The position numbers and the translations under genes are program-made. Positions 62,703 through 64,000 of a DNA stretch of 64,000 nt are shown here, piece by piece (position 1 is the first letter of the stretch; the number at the start of each line of letters is the position of its first letter). The notes under the pieces are model-generated. The model saw only the letters and a program-made list of their open reading frames with translations. It did no database searches and was not told where the DNA came from. The stretch covers positions 14,354 through 78,353 of the forward strand of contig CAZLCK010000002.1 of assembly GCA_964558235.1 (NCBI GenBank), given 5' to 3'. Source of the DNA: an uncultured Coriobacteriaceae bacterium. GTDB taxonomy: Bacteria > Actinomycetota > Coriobacteriia > Coriobacteriales > CADBOM01.

Positions 62703-64000
62703 ATGTCTAAATACAGAGATGAAAGATCATTGATTATTATCGGAGCAGGAGCATCTGGACTCATGAGTGCTATTTTTGCTTCTGCTGGTTTTGATCAGGT
62801 TAAAATACTTGAATCTGATATAAAACCCGCACGAAAGTTGCTTCGTACTGGAAATGGAAGATGCAATCTTTCGAATAGTGCGATTACTTCTGCTAGCCCC
62901 GCAAGACTTCCAGATAATTATCCTAAATGGCATGGTGAAAGCTTAGTTAGTGAGGTCTTACATAGTTTTGGTTGTTCTGAAATTAGACGGCTTTTCTACA
63001 ATCTTGCTCTTATGACTTTTGAAGATTCGCAAGGCCATATCTATCCCATTACGAATAAAGCTAGATCTGTTGTTGATGTTCTACTTAATGCTTGTGAAGC
63101 TAAAGGCGTCGAAATAATTTGTGATTGTGTTGTTAAAAACCTGAGACAGATGAATGATGGGCGTTGGATTTGTATCAGTGAAGATGGAAGATCATTTAAT
63201 GCAGATAAAGTAGTAGTTGCATGCTCACATCCTGATTTTTTAGATGAGTTGAATATTCGTATCCTGCCTAAGTATGAGATTTTAGGCCCTTTGGAGACAG
63301 AAGAAAAAATTGTACGTCAGCTCGATGGAATTCGCTGGCGTGTAAAACTTACAATTCTGGATTCTAAACAGAGCAGTTTTAGTGATTCAAGAAAAACAAA
63401 AAGAGAAGAGATAACTTCTGACAATGCTAATTTCGCGATCAATAAATATGAGATGAATAACATAAAGTACTCATCTGAAGGTGAGCTCTTATTTAGAAAA
63501 TATGGTATTAGCGGCATTGTTGTGTTTGACGCTTCTCGTGTTAGTAAAATTGGAGATATGGCTCTAATCGATATGTTTCCAAATATGACAGAAGATGAAC
63601 TATTCAATGAATTGAATATTCGACTTAATAGAGCTTTAGCTATAGGGTATCAGACAGATCTTTTAGTATTGCTAGATGGAATTTTGCTAAGAGAAATAAC
63701 TAGGGCGATTTTAGATAAACTAGGTATTTCAGAGAGTAAAACTCCAAGCAAAAAGGATTTAAGGAGACTAGCACATCAGCTTAAGAACCTTAAATTAACG
63801 ATTGCATCAAATGCAAAAGCTGACAACTCACAGGTTTTGCGTGGTGGCATAGATATCGATGAGCTCGATCCAAAAACTCTAGCTCTTAAAAAATATAAAA
63901 ATTTATATGCATGTGGAGAGGTCATCGATGTTGATGGCCCATGCGGTGGCTTTAACCTTCATTGGGCTTGGATTTCTGGCGCTCTAGCGGGTGCGAGCTG
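62703..64000 (+). CDS. HI0933/YhiN (BaiN-like) family FAD flavoprotein, 3' end outside the window
   Basis: Not in the track because there is no stop inside the window; I translated it by hand and it is open from ATG 62703 to nt 64000. N-terminal IIIGAGASGLMSA, TGNGRCNLSN, and near-C-terminal GEVIDVDGPCGGFNLHWAWISGALAG. Confidence 0.8.
   Translation, partial: MSKYRDERSLIIIGAGASGLMSAIFASAGFDQVKILESDIKPARKLLRTGNGRCNLSNSAITSASPARLPDNYPKWHGESLVSEVLHSFGCSEIRRLFYNLALMTFEDSQGHIYPITNKARSVVDVLLNACEAKGVEIICDCVVKNLRQMNDGRWICISEDGRSFNADKVVVACSHPDFLDELNIRILPKYEILGPLETEEKIVRQLDGIRWRVKLTILDSKQSSFSDSRKTKREEITSDNANFAINKYEMNNIKYSSEGELLFRKYGISGIVVFDASRVSKIGDMALIDMFPNMTEDELFNELNIRLNRALAIGYQTDLLVLLDGILLREITRAILDKLGISESKTPSKKDLRRLAHQLKNLKLTIASNAKADNSQVLRGGIDIDELDPKTLALKKYKNLYACGEVIDVDGPCGGFNLHWAWISGALAGAS

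Noticed and set aside
1-64000. Looked for CRISPR arrays, IS elements/transposases, integrases, prophage genes, and tRNA/rRNA/tmRNA genes.
   Set aside because: No regularly spaced direct repeats, no DDE/tyrosine-recombinase-like ORFs, and no GC-rich cloverleaf-like segments (for example GGTTCGAATCC) are visible in any intergenic region. The window looks like stable chromosome.

Overview
This is a 64 kb chromosomal segment that is visibly AT-rich (GC not computed) and densely coding on both strands. I found no rRNA, tRNA, CRISPR array, transposase or integrase. The arginine genes sit in the order argC-J-B-D-F-R-G-H, which is the classic actinobacterial arrangement. Together with RipA-like coiled-coil NlpC/P60 hydrolases, an H+-pyrophosphatase and HydE/HydG, this suggests an anaerobic low-GC Actinomycetota, possibly Coriobacteriia/Atopobiaceae-like. 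That taxonomic guess is inference only.

Content from left to right:
- A cell-surface polysaccharide locus with a PglF/PglE/PglC-like trio, a GT4 and an orphan Wzm permease.
- The arg operon.
- A nitroreductase and an FAD oxidoreductase.
- guaB and leuS.
- An OYE-type flavoenzyme and a URO-D/MtaA-like methyltransferase.
- nudC, a UPF0371 protein and pdxK.
- A three-gene RiPP-like cassette: 22-aa peptide, radical SAM enzyme, discrete PqqD-like protein.
- A YeiH-family membrane protein.
- hydE and hydG.
- A VOC protein.
- An HMA metallochaperone plus a Zn/Cd-type P1B ATPase.
- The uncharacterised GGGtGRT + NifU-like pair.
- An MBL hydrolase, a homocysteine-methyltransferase-domain protein, pepV and a YgjP-like peptidase.
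- hppA, bracketed by paralogous lipoproteins.
- Two tandem NlpC/P60 hydrolases behind a ~470 nt leader.
- A UDP-sugar dehydrogenase homolog whose catalytic Cys is replaced by Ala.
- A SmtB/CzrA-type ArsR regulator plus an unknown membrane protein.
- pheST.
- A glutaredoxin-like protein, a Fic-fold protein with a degenerate active-site motif, and a patatin-like lipase.
- A 3'-truncated HI0933/BaiN-like flavoprotein.

The most interesting candidate is the minimal peptide + rSAM + RRE cassette at 31.38-32.80 kb. Its precursor lacks every residue used by the well-known rSAM-RiPP chemistries.

Secondary leads:
- The GGGtGRT/NifU module inside a metal/Fe-S neighbourhood.
- A 10-nt motif shared by the ATPase and arsR promoters.
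- A perfect 28-nt palindrome in a divergent promoter region.
- The Cys-less sugar dehydrogenase.
- The pseudo-Fic protein.
- The long structured hydrolase leader.

All calls come from reading translated ORFs and the DNA by eye. No database search was run.
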